A stretch of 64,000 bases of DNA, taken from Candidatus Kerfeldbacteria bacterium. Lineage in GTDB: Bacteria; Patescibacteriota; Patescibacteriia; UBA10025; JAHIVO01. The notes under the pieces are model-generated. The model ran no database searches, had not been told where the DNA came from, and was given only the letters and a program-made list of their open reading frames with translations. How positions within the stretch are numbered: the first letter of the stretch is position 1; every line of letters starts with the position of its first letter. Both the position numbers and the translations under genes were made by a program. Of this stretch, positions 19,230-29,900 are shown one piece after another. The DNA lies in assembly GCA_047946875.1 (NCBI GenBank), contig CP181398.1, forward strand, positions 777,041 through 841,040, given 5' to 3'.

Positions 19230-21701
19230 TTACTTATCATCTTCAGGTGCAGAAAGATTACCTAAATCTGACGGTAAATCAGGAATATTTTTATCCTTCC
19301 TTACTTTAGTTTTTTTTGCTTTATCACTCTTTTTATTATTTTTCTTTACTGCTTTTTTTGTAACTTTTTTTTCAGCTGGAGGATTAACATCATTTTTATC
19401 ATCATCATTTGGATCTTTATCCATTACCACTTCTTCATCTTCAAGATGTATCTGCACATCTTTTTCATTCAAATGTTTAACGACCGTTTCTTCTTCACCT
19501 TTAACTTTCTTGTTAAGTTCTGCCGTAAAATGAATTGATCCACGATATTTTCCAATTGAAACTGTTTTACTATGGAAACTAGAATATCCTGATTTAACTA
19601 TAACTAAATAGTATTTACCAGATGGCAACAATGCATTAAATTGACCTCGTGAATTAGTAACTTTAGTAGCCACAACCATGCCAGTTTCTACATTATAAAT
19701 TCTGATAATTGCCATCTCAATTGGGTCTTCTGTATCCTTATCTTTAACTACACCCAAAGATTTACCAAGCCTCTTATTAATCAATGCTCTTAAAGCTAAT
19801 AATACTCCATAAAGGGATAAGATAACAAAATTACTTGTCTTTGGCTGTATAATTAAAGTACCCCAACTCAATAAAGTACCTACTATTAATAACGGTATAC
19901 TTATTTTTTCTAAGATATGACCAATATAACTAATAAATCTTAACCATTTTAATCTGCCTGGCGATATTGCTTTCATATTTGGATCTAACGGAATATTCAT
20001 CGCAAAAAATCCACCCTCTTTACCTTCAATTTCTAAAGTGTCCCCACGATAAACGTTATCATACTGACTAACAGAATCTGTCTTTAAGACATGGGATGGA
20101 AAGACATAACCAGGAGAACTAGCTGTAACAAAATATTTTCCTTTATCAATAATAAAACCAAATCTACCTTGACTATCAGCAATCTGACTTTCTTTTAACT
20201 TATTAAACTCACGGGTAAATATCTTGATAATAGCTCTAGGAATAGGTTTACCACTAATACTATCAAAAACCGTACCCCAAGAACGACGTTTTTTTCCTAA
20301 CATTATTGGTACAAGCCAGAAATATCCAAACCTGAAGAATAAATATAAAATATTATATATATTTGAGGTAGTGGCTACAACCAAAGCAATTCCAGTGGCA
20401 GCTATAACTGCTGAAGTTGCCATCACTGGTGTAACAACTGTTTCTACTACCTCGACAATCCCTTCATTATTTTTCAAAGATTTTAATGCATCGCCAATTG
20501 CTTCTGTAAAATCACGAATAGGTGCAGGTATAATACTATTAAAAGTATCTACTATTTTTTCAGCTAAAGGTTTTGCTAGTTCATCTATCTCTTCAATTAT
20601 TACACCTGGCTTAGCCTCTGGATCTATAATAATAAAACTATTACTAGCGCTCGTAGAATTACTCGCATTATCATAAGCTATAGCAGTCACTGAATGACTA
20701 CCTATTACTAATTCTGGTAAAGTAAATGGCGTAGTATCTCCAATATTAATTCCTACTGGATTACCTTGATCTGTTATTAAATCATAATGATGAATTCCTG
20801 ATGTATCGTCAGTAGTTTCAAAACTAATACGAGGATTTGTAACGGTAGTCCTTTTACCATCAAGTAATGTGATAGGAAAATTATTTGGAGGGGTTGTATC
20901 AATTTGTACTTTAAAGTGACTCGTAGGTCCCCAACCATCTTGATTTTGTGCACGAATATGGAAATACCATACTCCATCTCCAGTACCAACAAAACTAGTA
21001 GAGCTATCCGTAGTATCTACTATTTTGTCAGGGATATTCTCAGCCTGATCATCAAATGAAAAGCTATAACCAACATTATCATTCTCAGTTGACCATGAAA
21101 AAGATGTATCTGGATTTGCATACCAGGAATTCTGATCTGGGTGAGAAGATGAAGAAATAGTAGGTGTAGTAGGTAATTCTAAATCTGGTTCTGGGGGCTC
21201 TTCACCTGGCTCAGCAATAACATAAGTACCAGAGCCTGTACCACTCAACAAATCAGTGCCAACTGTAGCAGCTTCGTTGGACAGAACCAACGCTCCACCC
21301 ATCGTCGCATTTGCCGTCCCAGCTGACTTAGTTCTAAAACTAATTGTAAGCACTAAACCTGAAGTTCCATTATATCCACCTGCCAGACCACCTGGTAACC
21401 CGCCAGCGAATGTAATAGTACCACTAATATTTGAATAATTTGGAATTACTGGCCATAAAGTAAAAATACCACTACTAGAAACATTTGTTACTTCCAACAA
21501 GTTGGTCGGAAAAGATACTGTAGCCTGAGCAGCATTCATCGACTGTCCTCCAGAATTTACATATAATCCTACATTAAAACTATCACCAATCTCATATGAA
21601 GAATTTGAAGGACTAAAAAATAGAGTAGCTGCCTCAGCAATGTTAGGAGCAAACAATAAACCAAATATTAATAATATAGCAACAAAAATCTTTTTTGCCA
21701 T
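19230..21701 (-). CDS. Membrane-anchored surface protein. Domain order: N-terminal signal peptide, cohesin-like domain, FN3/Ig-like beta modules, TM helices, two carboxypeptidase-regulatory-like (transthyretin-fold) domains, K/D-rich C-terminal tail.
   Basis: ATG at 21701 (MAKKIFVAILLIFGLLFAPNIAEA) lies 8 nt after a GAGGG motif. The ORF track starts 22 codons upstream. The cohesin-like signature SFNVGLYVNSGGQSMNAAQATVSFPTNLLEVTNV is present, plus CarbopepD_reg-like stretches GKPIPRAIIKIFTREF...DSQGRFGFIIDKGKYFVTASSPGY and GMVVATKVTNSRGQFNALLPSGKYYLVIVKSGY. Confidence 0.6.
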   Translation of the reverse strand: MAKKIFVAILLIFGLLFAPNIAEAATLFFSPSNSSYEIGDSFNVGLYVNSGGQSMNAAQATVSFPTNLLEVTNVSSSGIFTLWPVIPNYSNISGTITFAGGLPGGLAGGYNGTSGLVLTISFRTKSAGTANATMGGALVLSNEAATVGTDLLSGTGSGTYVIAEPGEEPPEPDLELPTTPTISSSSHPDQNSWYANPDTSFSWSTENDNVGYSFSFDDQAENIPDKIVDTTDSSTSFVGTGDGVWYFHIRAQNQDGWGPTSHFKVQIDTTPPNNFPITLLDGKRTTVTNPRISFETTDDTSGIHHYDLITDQGNPVGINIGDTTPFTLPELVIGSHSVTAIAYDNASNSTSASNSFIIIDPEAKPGVIIEEIDELAKPLAEKIVDTFNSIIPAPIRDFTEAIGDALKSLKNNEGIVEVVETVVTPVMATSAVIAATGIALVVATTSNIYNILYLFFRFGYFWLVPIMLGKKRRSWGTVFDSISGKPIPRAIIKIFTREFNKLKESQIADSQGRFGFIIDKGKYFVTASSPGYVFPSHVLKTDSVSQYDNVYRGDTLEIEGKEGGFFAMNIPLDPNMKAISPGRLKWLRFISYIGHILEKISIPLLIVGTLLSWGTLIIQPKTSNFVILSLYGVLLALRALINKRLGKSLGVVKDKDTEDPIEMAIIRIYNVETGMVVATKVTNSRGQFNALLPSGKYYLVIVKSGYSSFHSKTVSIGKYRGSIHFTAELNKKVKGEEETVVKHLNEKDVQIHLEDEEVVMDKDPNDDDKNDVNPPAEKKVTKKAVKKNNKKSDKAKKTKVRKDKNIPDLPSDLGNLSAPEDDK

Positions 21702-21726
21702 AATATCTACCCTCTCTCTTATATTT

Positions 21727-22881
21727 TTAATCTTCTTTTTTTGGTTGTGAGCGAACTTTAAATGCAAGAAATAATAGTAGTAAGATAATTATACTTATAA
21801 CTATTATTAAAAATAATGAATAAACTGTATCATCTCCAAAAAATGGACTCTTATTTTCAAATGGAACTATACCTAAATTTTTCTGTGTATAATTACCAGC
21901 TCGATCAAATGCAGTGACTGTAATAAGATTACTTCTACTTTGATCTTCTAAAATATATGGTGATGTGACATGGGTTGTAGATTTGTCACCTTCTTTAACA
22001 TCATAATAGTCAATACCGGAGCCTTTGTCAGTGGTAGAAAAAATTAAAATATATTTTCCATCATACAAAGTTGGTTCTTTTGAAATAACTGTATCAATAT
22101 CTAATGGTGCCTTACTATCAATCATAGCTCTCCTCTTACCAATCACTTCCCAATCTCCATCACCTATTTTTTCTTTCAATATAAAATAATATACTCCATC
22201 AGCTAAATCAGAAAAATTGACTTTACCGGTCGTTGATTCTCTATTATTATCAGGTTCTTCATCTGAATAATTACTCAAAATATAACTATAGATTGCATCT
22301 TTCTTTTGCTCCCACTCAACATTAAAATTATTATTTTTATACCAAGTACTCTCTTCTGGATGAGTAGAAGATTCAATATTAATAAATGTTGTATCGCTTA
22401 CACTAAATATTCCTGAAATTTTATTTAATTCTACCTCTGTCCCCAATCCATCATTTAGTAAGACTTTTGTACTTTCATTATCAAAATCTACTTCACCAAC
22501 ACCTGGAATTTTTGTTTTGAAAGTAATTGTTGCAATCTTACCATCTAATACCATGCTACCGCCGGGAATTCCGCCAGCTAATGAAATAATTCCCGCTGAT
22601 TCCTCAACAATCGGTTCTTTTATCCATAAAGTTAAAAAAGAGCCCCCACGTGATACTTTAACAACTTCCAATAAATCTGTTGGATATGTTATTGTTGTTT
22701 TTACCGCATTAATAATTTCTTGCTCACTATTCAAATGTATTTCAGCTAAAAAAGTTTCCCCTTTTGCAAATTCTTTTTGTACGGGATTTACAGAAATTAT
22801 TGCAGCCTGAGCTTGACTGAAAAATATTACACCAAAAATAATTAGTGGTAATATGATTAAAGTTTTTTTGAATGTAAACAT
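21727..22881 (-). CDS. Secreted cohesin-like domain protein with FN3/Ig-like module and a C-terminal TM anchor; paralog of the N-terminal part of the 19230-21701 gene
   Basis: ATG at 22881 (MFTFKKTLIILPLIIFGVIFFSQAQA). The track's 22908 is a TTG start. Cohesin-like signature EIHLNSEQEIINAVKTTITYPTDLLEVVKV...ISLAGGIPGG parallels the neighbouring gene. C-terminal hydrophobic SLFLIIVISIIILLLLFLAF is followed by KVRSQPKKED. Confidence 0.55.
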   Translation of the reverse strand: MFTFKKTLIILPLIIFGVIFFSQAQAAIISVNPVQKEFAKGETFLAEIHLNSEQEIINAVKTTITYPTDLLEVVKVSRGGSFLTLWIKEPIVEESAGIISLAGGIPGGSMVLDGKIATITFKTKIPGVGEVDFDNESTKVLLNDGLGTEVELNKISGIFSVSDTTFINIESSTHPEESTWYKNNNFNVEWEQKKDAIYSYILSNYSDEEPDNNRESTTGKVNFSDLADGVYYFILKEKIGDGDWEVIGKRRAMIDSKAPLDIDTVISKEPTLYDGKYILIFSTTDKGSGIDYYDVKEGDKSTTHVTSPYILEDQSRSNLITVTAFDRAGNYTQKNLGIVPFENKSPFFGDDTVYSLFLIIVISIIILLLLFLAFKVRSQPKKED

Positions 22882-22895
22882 AATATTATAACAAT

Positions 22896-23807
22896 TTATT
22901 CTGTCCAATAAAATAGCATGATACTAAAGTCAACAATATTTACTATACCATCACTATTAATATCTGCTCTTTCATTAGCAGGATTTGCTGTATTCCAATA
23001 AAATAATAAAATACTAAAATCAACTAAATTCACAAAAGTATCACAATTAATATCCCCAGGTAATGCGCCATCACAAATATTTGGCTCATCAGCCGTTACA
23101 TTAAATATAACACTTTTACTAAATTCTGAGACCGCATCATTTACAGGTTCTATGGCTTGAGCCTTTGCCTCATGAGAGCCTTCTGCTAAATCATCAGCAT
23201 CATATAACTGTATCCATCTACCATTTGTATCAGCACTGGCTATACTTACTGCAATATGTTGTTCTCCAGCCGCAGCCCCGACCACTGGTGATGTTAATGT
23301 TACATTTACTTCACTATCAGGCACAGTAGTCCCTGATAAAGTAATAGTTTCACCACTAGAAATATTGGTTTGATCAGCTTCGATTGTCGGTCCTAAAAAG
23401 ATACCGCTGATCGTAGTAGTAGTACCTGTAGTTAAGGTTAATGTAAAATTTGATTGTTTACCCTCTAAACCATCTTGATCAAGACCAATCACAGAAAAGG
23501 TATAAGTGCCTGGATCAATAATTGCAGAAACTTCAAAGATTGCCTGAGATGTTGTAGAAATAATAGACAAAATTGATCCATCCTGACTAAAAGTCACAGT
23601 AGCAGATGGATAAGCTATCCCTCGAAATACAACTGTAGTATCTGGATCTTCTAATGGAGGTTCAGAAGCAACTGTAGCTGTAACAATAACCTGCTGAGAA
23701 GATTGTGCATCTACATAAGATACAACAGAATATCCCGCGACCAATAAGATCAGCGGGATAATCAGATATACAAAAAATTTAATTAAGTTAGGTCTTCTTT
23801 TTTTCAT
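22896..23807 (-). CDS. Secreted Ig-like/beta-rich protein with a C-terminal type-I dockerin domain
   Basis: 303 aa. N-terminal signal-anchor. The C-terminus carries two calcium-binding dockerin repeats: GDINCDTFVNLVDFSILLFYW and ADINSDGIVNIVDFSIMLFYW (D-x-N-x-D-G-x-V-N-x-x-D-F). Confidence 0.7.
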   Translation of the reverse strand: MKKRRPNLIKFFVYLIIPLILLVAGYSVVSYVDAQSSQQVIVTATVASEPPLEDPDTTVVFRGIAYPSATVTFSQDGSILSIISTTSQAIFEVSAIIDPGTYTFSVIGLDQDGLEGKQSNFTLTLTTGTTTTISGIFLGPTIEADQTNISSGETITLSGTTVPDSEVNVTLTSPVVGAAAGEQHIAVSIASADTNGRWIQLYDADDLAEGSHEAKAQAIEPVNDAVSEFSKSVIFNVTADEPNICDGALPGDINCDTFVNLVDFSILLFYWNTANPANERADINSDGIVNIVDFSIMLFYWTE

Positions 23808-23811
23808 TCAC

Positions 23812-24810
23812 CTATTTTTTTGCTTTTTTTATTATCCAAGCGTTATACTTTTTAAACAAGAATATTAATAATAATATCCCAAATACAATTACTATAAACC
23901 AGACTAATAATAAACGCCATGGCATGACCCAAAAAGTAACAGTTCCCGTATCTGAAACTATTTGGCTAGTTCCCGCGGTAATACTCAGAGTTGCTGTGTA
24001 TTTTCCAAAAGCAAAATTATCTTTTTCATTTCCAAATTCTTGCCAAAAGTCTGACCAAAAATTACCTGATACATTATCAACATTACCTTTTTCCCAAACA
24101 ATATCATATTTTCTGGTTGATTTTGGTAAAGTAGCACCTTTACTTGCATTGAAATCCAAAGTATCTGTAGTCTTACCAAATAAATTATTAATTTCTACAT
24201 TACCAACCGGTTTCAGATGAACATTACCAGTATTATTAAATCTAGAAACAAATCCTACAGGCAATCTATTAAACATTTTTTGACCATCTTCTACTATAAA
24301 TTCACTGATTGATCCCTGCTCATTAACATCACCCTCTACACTGGCCAAAATCAATGTACCAATTTTGGAGGCAACTTTAACCTGACCTTCTTCTGGTGCT
24401 GCTGAAGTAAAAAATAATGCTGCATAGTGACCACCTGGATCTGCATTTATCGGAGGATTAATAATAACCGAGACTTCATACCTTTCTCCAGATTCAATAA
24501 CAATAGGTCCTTCTTCGACATTCATCCAAGTACTTAAACCTATAGACTCAGTATTAAAGTCAAAATCAGGTTGACCAGTATCATCTTTTGCTGTGAAACT
24601 TCTAGCCTCTGTATAAAGCTCTATTGTTTCAGATGTTTCATTAAATAACTTAATAACTGTATTTACAGCTTGACCAGGTGTTAGACCTAATTCTAAAGTT
24701 GGAGGAATTAATGTGATTGCTTGAGCGGATGGAGCGATCCCAAAACCTATAATTGCAATAGCAAAAATAAACGCTATATAAATAATTTTCTTCTTAAAAT
24801 GTTGAAACAT
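23812..24810 (-). CDS. Secreted beta-rich cell-surface protein with C-terminal TM anchor (CscA/DUF916-like architecture, tentative)
   Basis: 332 aa. Signal peptide ending SAQA; conserved core ...PGGHYAALFF...KIGTLILASVEGD...; C-terminal LLLVWFIVIVFGILLLIFLF followed by KKYNAWIIKKAKK. Clear paralog of 24833-25768. Confidence 0.5.
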   Translation of the reverse strand: MFQHFKKKIIYIAFIFAIAIIGFGIAPSAQAITLIPPTLELGLTPGQAVNTVIKLFNETSETIELYTEARSFTAKDDTGQPDFDFNTESIGLSTWMNVEEGPIVIESGERYEVSVIINPPINADPGGHYAALFFTSAAPEEGQVKVASKIGTLILASVEGDVNEQGSISEFIVEDGQKMFNRLPVGFVSRFNNTGNVHLKPVGNVEINNLFGKTTDTLDFNASKGATLPKSTRKYDIVWEKGNVDNVSGNFWSDFWQEFGNEKDNFAFGKYTATLSITAGTSQIVSDTGTVTFWVMPWRLLLVWFIVIVFGILLLIFLFKKYNAWIIKKAKK

Positions 24811-24832
24811 TTTTTTTATTTTAACTAATTAT

Positions 24833-25768
24833 TTATTCTTGCTGTGGTGTCTCATTCTTACTAGATTTCTTAGACATTTTAATGATTAAAGCAATCAATA
24901 AAATTAATACTAGAATGATAACAATAACTATTACTATACCCGTAGTAGTCATTACCCAAAATTCAATAGCTTCCGTATCTGTTACAGTGCCGTCTGTCAT
25001 AGTCAATGTAGCTGTGAATTTACCAAAACCAGTAACATCCCAATTTGCAACTGCAAACTCTCTTACAGATCCTGCTAATATTGCACCTTTTTCGCTATTT
25101 ACTGCAATTGATTCAACGTCTTTACCAAACATATCTGTAATTACTACAGTACCAGCTGGTTTTATATGAGCTTCACCAGTATTTTTAAAACGTACTGCAA
25201 ATTTTACGGCACCATCAGAATAGTTTGTTTTATCTGAAGTAAAAGTAGCAATACTACCTGCTTCAGTATAATCTCCTGCTACAGTAGCCATGAATAGAGT
25301 ACCTAATTTTGACTCTATTAATAATTGACCGTCTTGTTGATCAGGTAATGTTTCATTAAAGAATACTGCTACATAATGTCCTCCAGCTGTTGCATTTGCT
25401 GGTGTATCAAAAGTCACAGTTACCTCTTGAGTTGCGCCAACTTTGATTGTAATAGGACCTTCATCAACATCTACCCAAGTAGCAATACCAGTTTGAGCAG
25501 CTTCAAAATCAAAAGCTGGTTGACCAGTCTCGCCCTCGGCAGTAAAATTGATTACTTCTGTTTCTAATTTTATCTCTTCTTGTGTGTCATTTTTTAGTTC
25601 TACGACTGCTACTGTCTTTTCTCCCGCCGTCAGATCAACCTCCATAATAGCGGGGGTAAGACCTAAAGCTGATACCTGTGAAGGTACAACCAGCAAAGCA
25701 GCGAAGAACAGAGTAGTGATTCCTAGAAAAATAGTTTTTTTAAACATATATTCTATTTTATTAATCAT
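24833..25768 (-). CDS. Secreted beta-rich cell-surface protein with C-terminal TM anchor; tandem paralog of 23812-24810
   Basis: 311 aa. AGGAGGGG Shine-Dalgarno upstream of the ATG at 25768. Collinear with the neighbouring gene (GETGQPAFDFEAAQTGIATWVDVDEGPITIKVGATQEV...AGGHYVAVFF...KLGTLFMATVAGD). C-terminal IVIVIVIILVLILLIALII followed by KMSKKSSK. Confidence 0.5.
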   Translation of the reverse strand: MINKIEYMFKKTIFLGITTLFFAALLVVPSQVSALGLTPAIMEVDLTAGEKTVAVVELKNDTQEEIKLETEVINFTAEGETGQPAFDFEAAQTGIATWVDVDEGPITIKVGATQEVTVTFDTPANATAGGHYVAVFFNETLPDQQDGQLLIESKLGTLFMATVAGDYTEAGSIATFTSDKTNYSDGAVKFAVRFKNTGEAHIKPAGTVVITDMFGKDVESIAVNSEKGAILAGSVREFAVANWDVTGFGKFTATLTMTDGTVTDTEAIEFWVMTTTGIVIVIVIILVLILLIALIIKMSKKSSKNETPQQE

Positions 25769-25835
25769 TAATATCTACTCCCCTCCTAATTGTTCTTAAA
25801 TGAATATTTAAGTGAGAGTAAAAAATTTAGTTAGC

Positions 25836-26852
25836 TTAAAATAAACCAGTTGTAACTAAGGTTACAGTGTTGGTATAAGTCCCGGCTTCAGTTGTACCAG
25901 CAATGGATGCCAAGAAACATAATGTAGTAGCATCAGTTGAAACAGCGCCAGTTGCAGCAGCAAAAGTCTGAGGAGAAGCAGTTAATGCTGTAGCATTTGA
26001 TGTAGTTCCTGTATCAGCACAAGATGTTGGACTCCAAATACCTATCGTATTACCTGAATCTGAAGATGAAGCACCAAATTCTTCTGTACCAGCAACGATA
26101 GTACCGCCAGCAGTATCAGAAATAGTATCAGAAGCAACTGAAGTTAATGTATTATCGTAATATACTGTAGAACTATATCCATTTGCAGCATTAGTAGTAA
26201 CTGTTGAAGTAATACCATCTTGTGAGATCAAGGAAGCTGATAATGTCCCAAGATCAATAGTATTGGCACTTAAAGCTACTGTAATTGTTGGTTCAACATC
26301 AGCCGAAACAACTACCTGATCATCAGCTATAATATCTACAGCTACTTGTTGACTATCAATTACTGCCTGAGCAGCAGTTCTAGTCTGAACGGTAATAACT
26401 CCAGTAGTACCGGTAGTTGGTGTACCAAGAGCACCAGCTCCTGAATCAGTTATTAAAACACCGTATTCAGTGGAGGCAGTTAAATTAGTAACCCCTGTAA
26501 TAGTTAGAGTATCTGGTGTACCAGCACAAGTGGCAACTAATGTACCTGGCAATGCATTTGCACCATAGGTTGTACTACCAGCAGCAATAATAGTGTCAGC
26601 TGTGCGACACCATAAACCATTATCAGCAGCCGGGAAAATAATATGCACCTCAGCCTCAGTACCACTATTTCCAGCTGGGACAGTAAATACGATATTATGA
26701 CTAACTCCGCTAGTCAAACTTTGTTTTTGTCGATTCATATGATCCTCGACTGTTTCCAATGATTCTGCTTTTGCAATTTGTGCTGGCAATAACATTACCA
26801 TAACAAAAATCGCCATAAACATTACCATGGACATTTTTTTGAGTAATTTCAT
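25836..26852 (-). CDS. Secreted T/S/G/A-rich surface protein whose C-terminal ~150 aa are homologous to the C-terminus of the 4784-aa giant protein (WxL-like cell-wall-binding domain, tentative)
   Basis: 338 aa. Signal peptide MKLLKKMSMVMFMAIFVMVMLLPAQIAKA. C-terminal TIDLGTLSASLISQDGITSTVTTNAANGYSSTVYYDNTLTSVASDTISDTAGGTIVAGTEEFGASSSDSGNTIGIWSPTSCADTGTTSNATALTASPQTF... aligns residue-by-residue with the giant protein's C-terminus. Confidence 0.6.
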   Translation of the reverse strand: MKLLKKMSMVMFMAIFVMVMLLPAQIAKAESLETVEDHMNRQKQSLTSGVSHNIVFTVPAGNSGTEAEVHIIFPAADNGLWCRTADTIIAAGSTTYGANALPGTLVATCAGTPDTLTITGVTNLTASTEYGVLITDSGAGALGTPTTGTTGVITVQTRTAAQAVIDSQQVAVDIIADDQVVVSADVEPTITVALSANTIDLGTLSASLISQDGITSTVTTNAANGYSSTVYYDNTLTSVASDTISDTAGGTIVAGTEEFGASSSDSGNTIGIWSPTSCADTGTTSNATALTASPQTFAAATGAVSTDATTLCFLASIAGTTEAGTYTNTVTLVTTGLF

Positions 26853-26969
26853 AAGTTTTCTTTATTAATTAACTTATTTTATTAATTTATTAATATTACT
26901 TTATTATTATATCATACTTTTTAAGAAATTGCAACCTAATATATAAATTTTACCACAATATTACAGCTA

Positions 26970-29900
26970 TTAATATAAACTTGTAGCAACTATTGTAATA
27001 GTAGAAGTATAAGCTCCTGCATCAGTTAAACCGCTAATAGAACCTAATATACATAATTCTGTTTGATGAGTGCTAACAACACCTGTGGCCCCTGCAAAAG
27101 TCTGAAGTGAGGTCGTTAAAGCGGTAGCATTCGATGTAGTCCCCGTATCTGCACAAGAAGTAGGACTCCAAATACCAATATCATATCCAGATCTCGATGA
27201 AGATGCACCATATTCCTCTGTGCCAGCTACGATAGTCCCTCCTGTAGTATCAGCAATCGTATTACCTATTGAAGTCAATGAATTATCATAATAAACCGAT
27301 GCTTGATATCCATTGGACGCATCAGTACTTACTGTCAGAGTCACTCCGTCCTGACTTACCAACGACTCTAATAATGTACCAAGATCAATACTGTTTGGAC
27401 TCAGGGATACTGTCATACCTACGAATAACCAACAATCGTTATTTTGAGAATTTACATTTGTCCCACCGGTAGCATCTATAGTATCTCCTCCACAAGCATA
27501 CGAATCTTGAACATCAGTATAAGTAACTATCTGCGTACCATCACTAGTCAGATTCCATTGAGTACCTGGAGTTGATGAGCGTAAAGTAACTAAGTTTCCA
27601 GAGGTGCCATTGAAACTTACGTTATTAAAAGTATAAGTACTACCCGCATTAAATTCTAATTGGGTATTGGCGGTATCAGCCGTGAAATTATTATCAACAT
27701 CAGCGGCTGCCGCAAAATCAACATCCGGATCAGAAGCGCCAGCATTTGTAATTGTAAGATTATAGAATCTATCGGAAGTACCAGTCATTTGACCCGATAA
27801 TATTTGCTGAGAAGAACCGTCTAGATAGACTGTACCGGACTGATCAGTGAAATTATCATTATTAGTCCAATCTCCCGCAAGATATATTGCATTGTCCTCT
27901 CCACTTTTTACATCTAGAGTACCACCGGTTATTAATAAATCATTATTTATATCAAGAATGGATTCAAGGGTAAAGGTAATATTATTTCCCGTATCATCAA
28001 AAGTAATATCATTGAAGTCGTCTGTAGTAGCGCCGGTAGAATCTATTGTCGGTGATCCGCTTGTAGCATCAAATGTTATAGTACCCGATCTGCATAAAAA
28101 TATATCATCATTATCCCAGCTTCCGCCAACTGTGATCGCATTATTTTCACCACTTACCGCATCCAGATGACCGTTTGTAATTGTAACGTTGTTAAGCACA
28201 ACTAACGGATCTTCTACTTCAACAATTAAATTATAAGTGCCAGCACCGTCATCTATAACGAGATTATAGAGTGAGCCAGTACCAGCGGTAATAAGATCAC
28301 TGGTTATATCACTCACAGAAGATGGTATATTAAAGGTTAAAGTAGAACCGACATTCGTTCCAGCGCTATTTAATAATGAAGCGCCTGACTGTAAATCAAA
28401 CTTACCATCTGTATTCATCTGTGTGCCATCTGTTTCTACATCATCATCAACATCCAAAGTACCGCCACCCGAGCCAGCATCAGTGGAAATAGTAATGCCA
28501 CCCAAACCAATATCAAGATCATATCCATTTGTATTAAGTATATCACCATCATTAATAGTTAGAGTTTTAGCTAATAAATCACTGGCTAGATCAGTGGTAT
28601 CCGGAGAAGTACCTATTTCCAAATTACCGACATCCTGCTGTGGTGAAGTATTGTCCGTAAAGGTCAAATCCCCATCCAGTATTAATTCTCCTGTTCCAGC
28701 GGTAGCGTTATTAAATGTCGTTCCGGACGCCAAGGTAAAATTACCTGCAGCATTGAGATTGCTATCTACTTCCTGCGTAAACACACCCGTATCGGCTATA
28801 TCAAACGTACCATTCACATCCATTGCATCAGCGCTAGCAACACTGCCAGTACCTGACACCTTAAAATTCTGCAATGTTTGGCTGGCTGAAGTAACGGTCT
28901 TTGTCGCGCCGGTCATGTCAATTGTCGATGTTCCAGCAGTGACTGTACCACCGGTCATATCAAGATTACCAGCCATGGTATGAGTAGCATTTGCCAGGGT
29001 AACAGAGCCTGAAAGAGTTAAATTTTGTAATGTCTGTGAGGCGGAAGTAAGGGTGCCAGTGCCATTCATTACCAAAGTATTACCTGAAGTAGCCGTGTAG
29101 GTTCCGTCAGTAAAATTCACATTACCGGAAACAGTCCAAGTTCCAGTGCCTGAGGTAATTATTTCAGATCCATCATCCGCACCGATGAAGTCAAAATCTC
29201 CCTCAATATCAAATGCTGGATTATTCGTCACGCCGGCAAACGTAACATTCTGTGTGCCGTCAGCTATGATATATAAATTACCGTCAATATCCTGGGTTGC
29301 CGTTGCAAGCGGAGTAATCGTGTACGGCGTGCTGTTATCATCATTAAATATTTCCACATCACTGCCATATGTGCGCGCGGGCATAGTCGTGGTATTGCCA
29401 TTTGATGTATCAAAGCGCACCAGTGAACTTAATGTACCTGCAGTAGGTATCGTGGTACCGGAATTAATAGTCAGACGGCCGGCGCCAGAAATCGTACCGT
29501 CAAGCGTGAAACCGCTACCGGTCCATGTGACCGTTCGGCTTGTTTCGATAGCAAGTGAATCTCCCGTATCAACATCAAGTGTATTGCTTACTAACGGATC
29601 GTCAGCCCCCGTATCAGTATCAACGGTGATCGTATTCGTCGTTGCACCGTCTCCAATGGTGAGATCATAAAATGTAGTGTCGCCCAAACCATTAATATCA
29701 TGGCTTGCCACGTTTTCACCGGTAAGTGTTACACTACCGGTCCCCGGGGTAAAATTTCCACTGTTGTTTGTCCAGTCACCCTGTACTTCCATTGCTTCAC
29801 CTTGTGCATCAAAATATATACCACTATCAAGTGTGTAGTTTCCCTTCAACACCAATAATTGCTGGCTCGCGTCATTACTCAATAAACACGGCGTACCGAC

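Noticed and set aside
19225-19533. 102-aa plus-strand ORF overlapping the 3' end of the 845-aa gene
   Set aside because: It is antisense to the K/D-rich tail of a convincing membrane protein. Its translation is an F/L/S low-complexity string typical of the reverse frame of lysine-rich coding.
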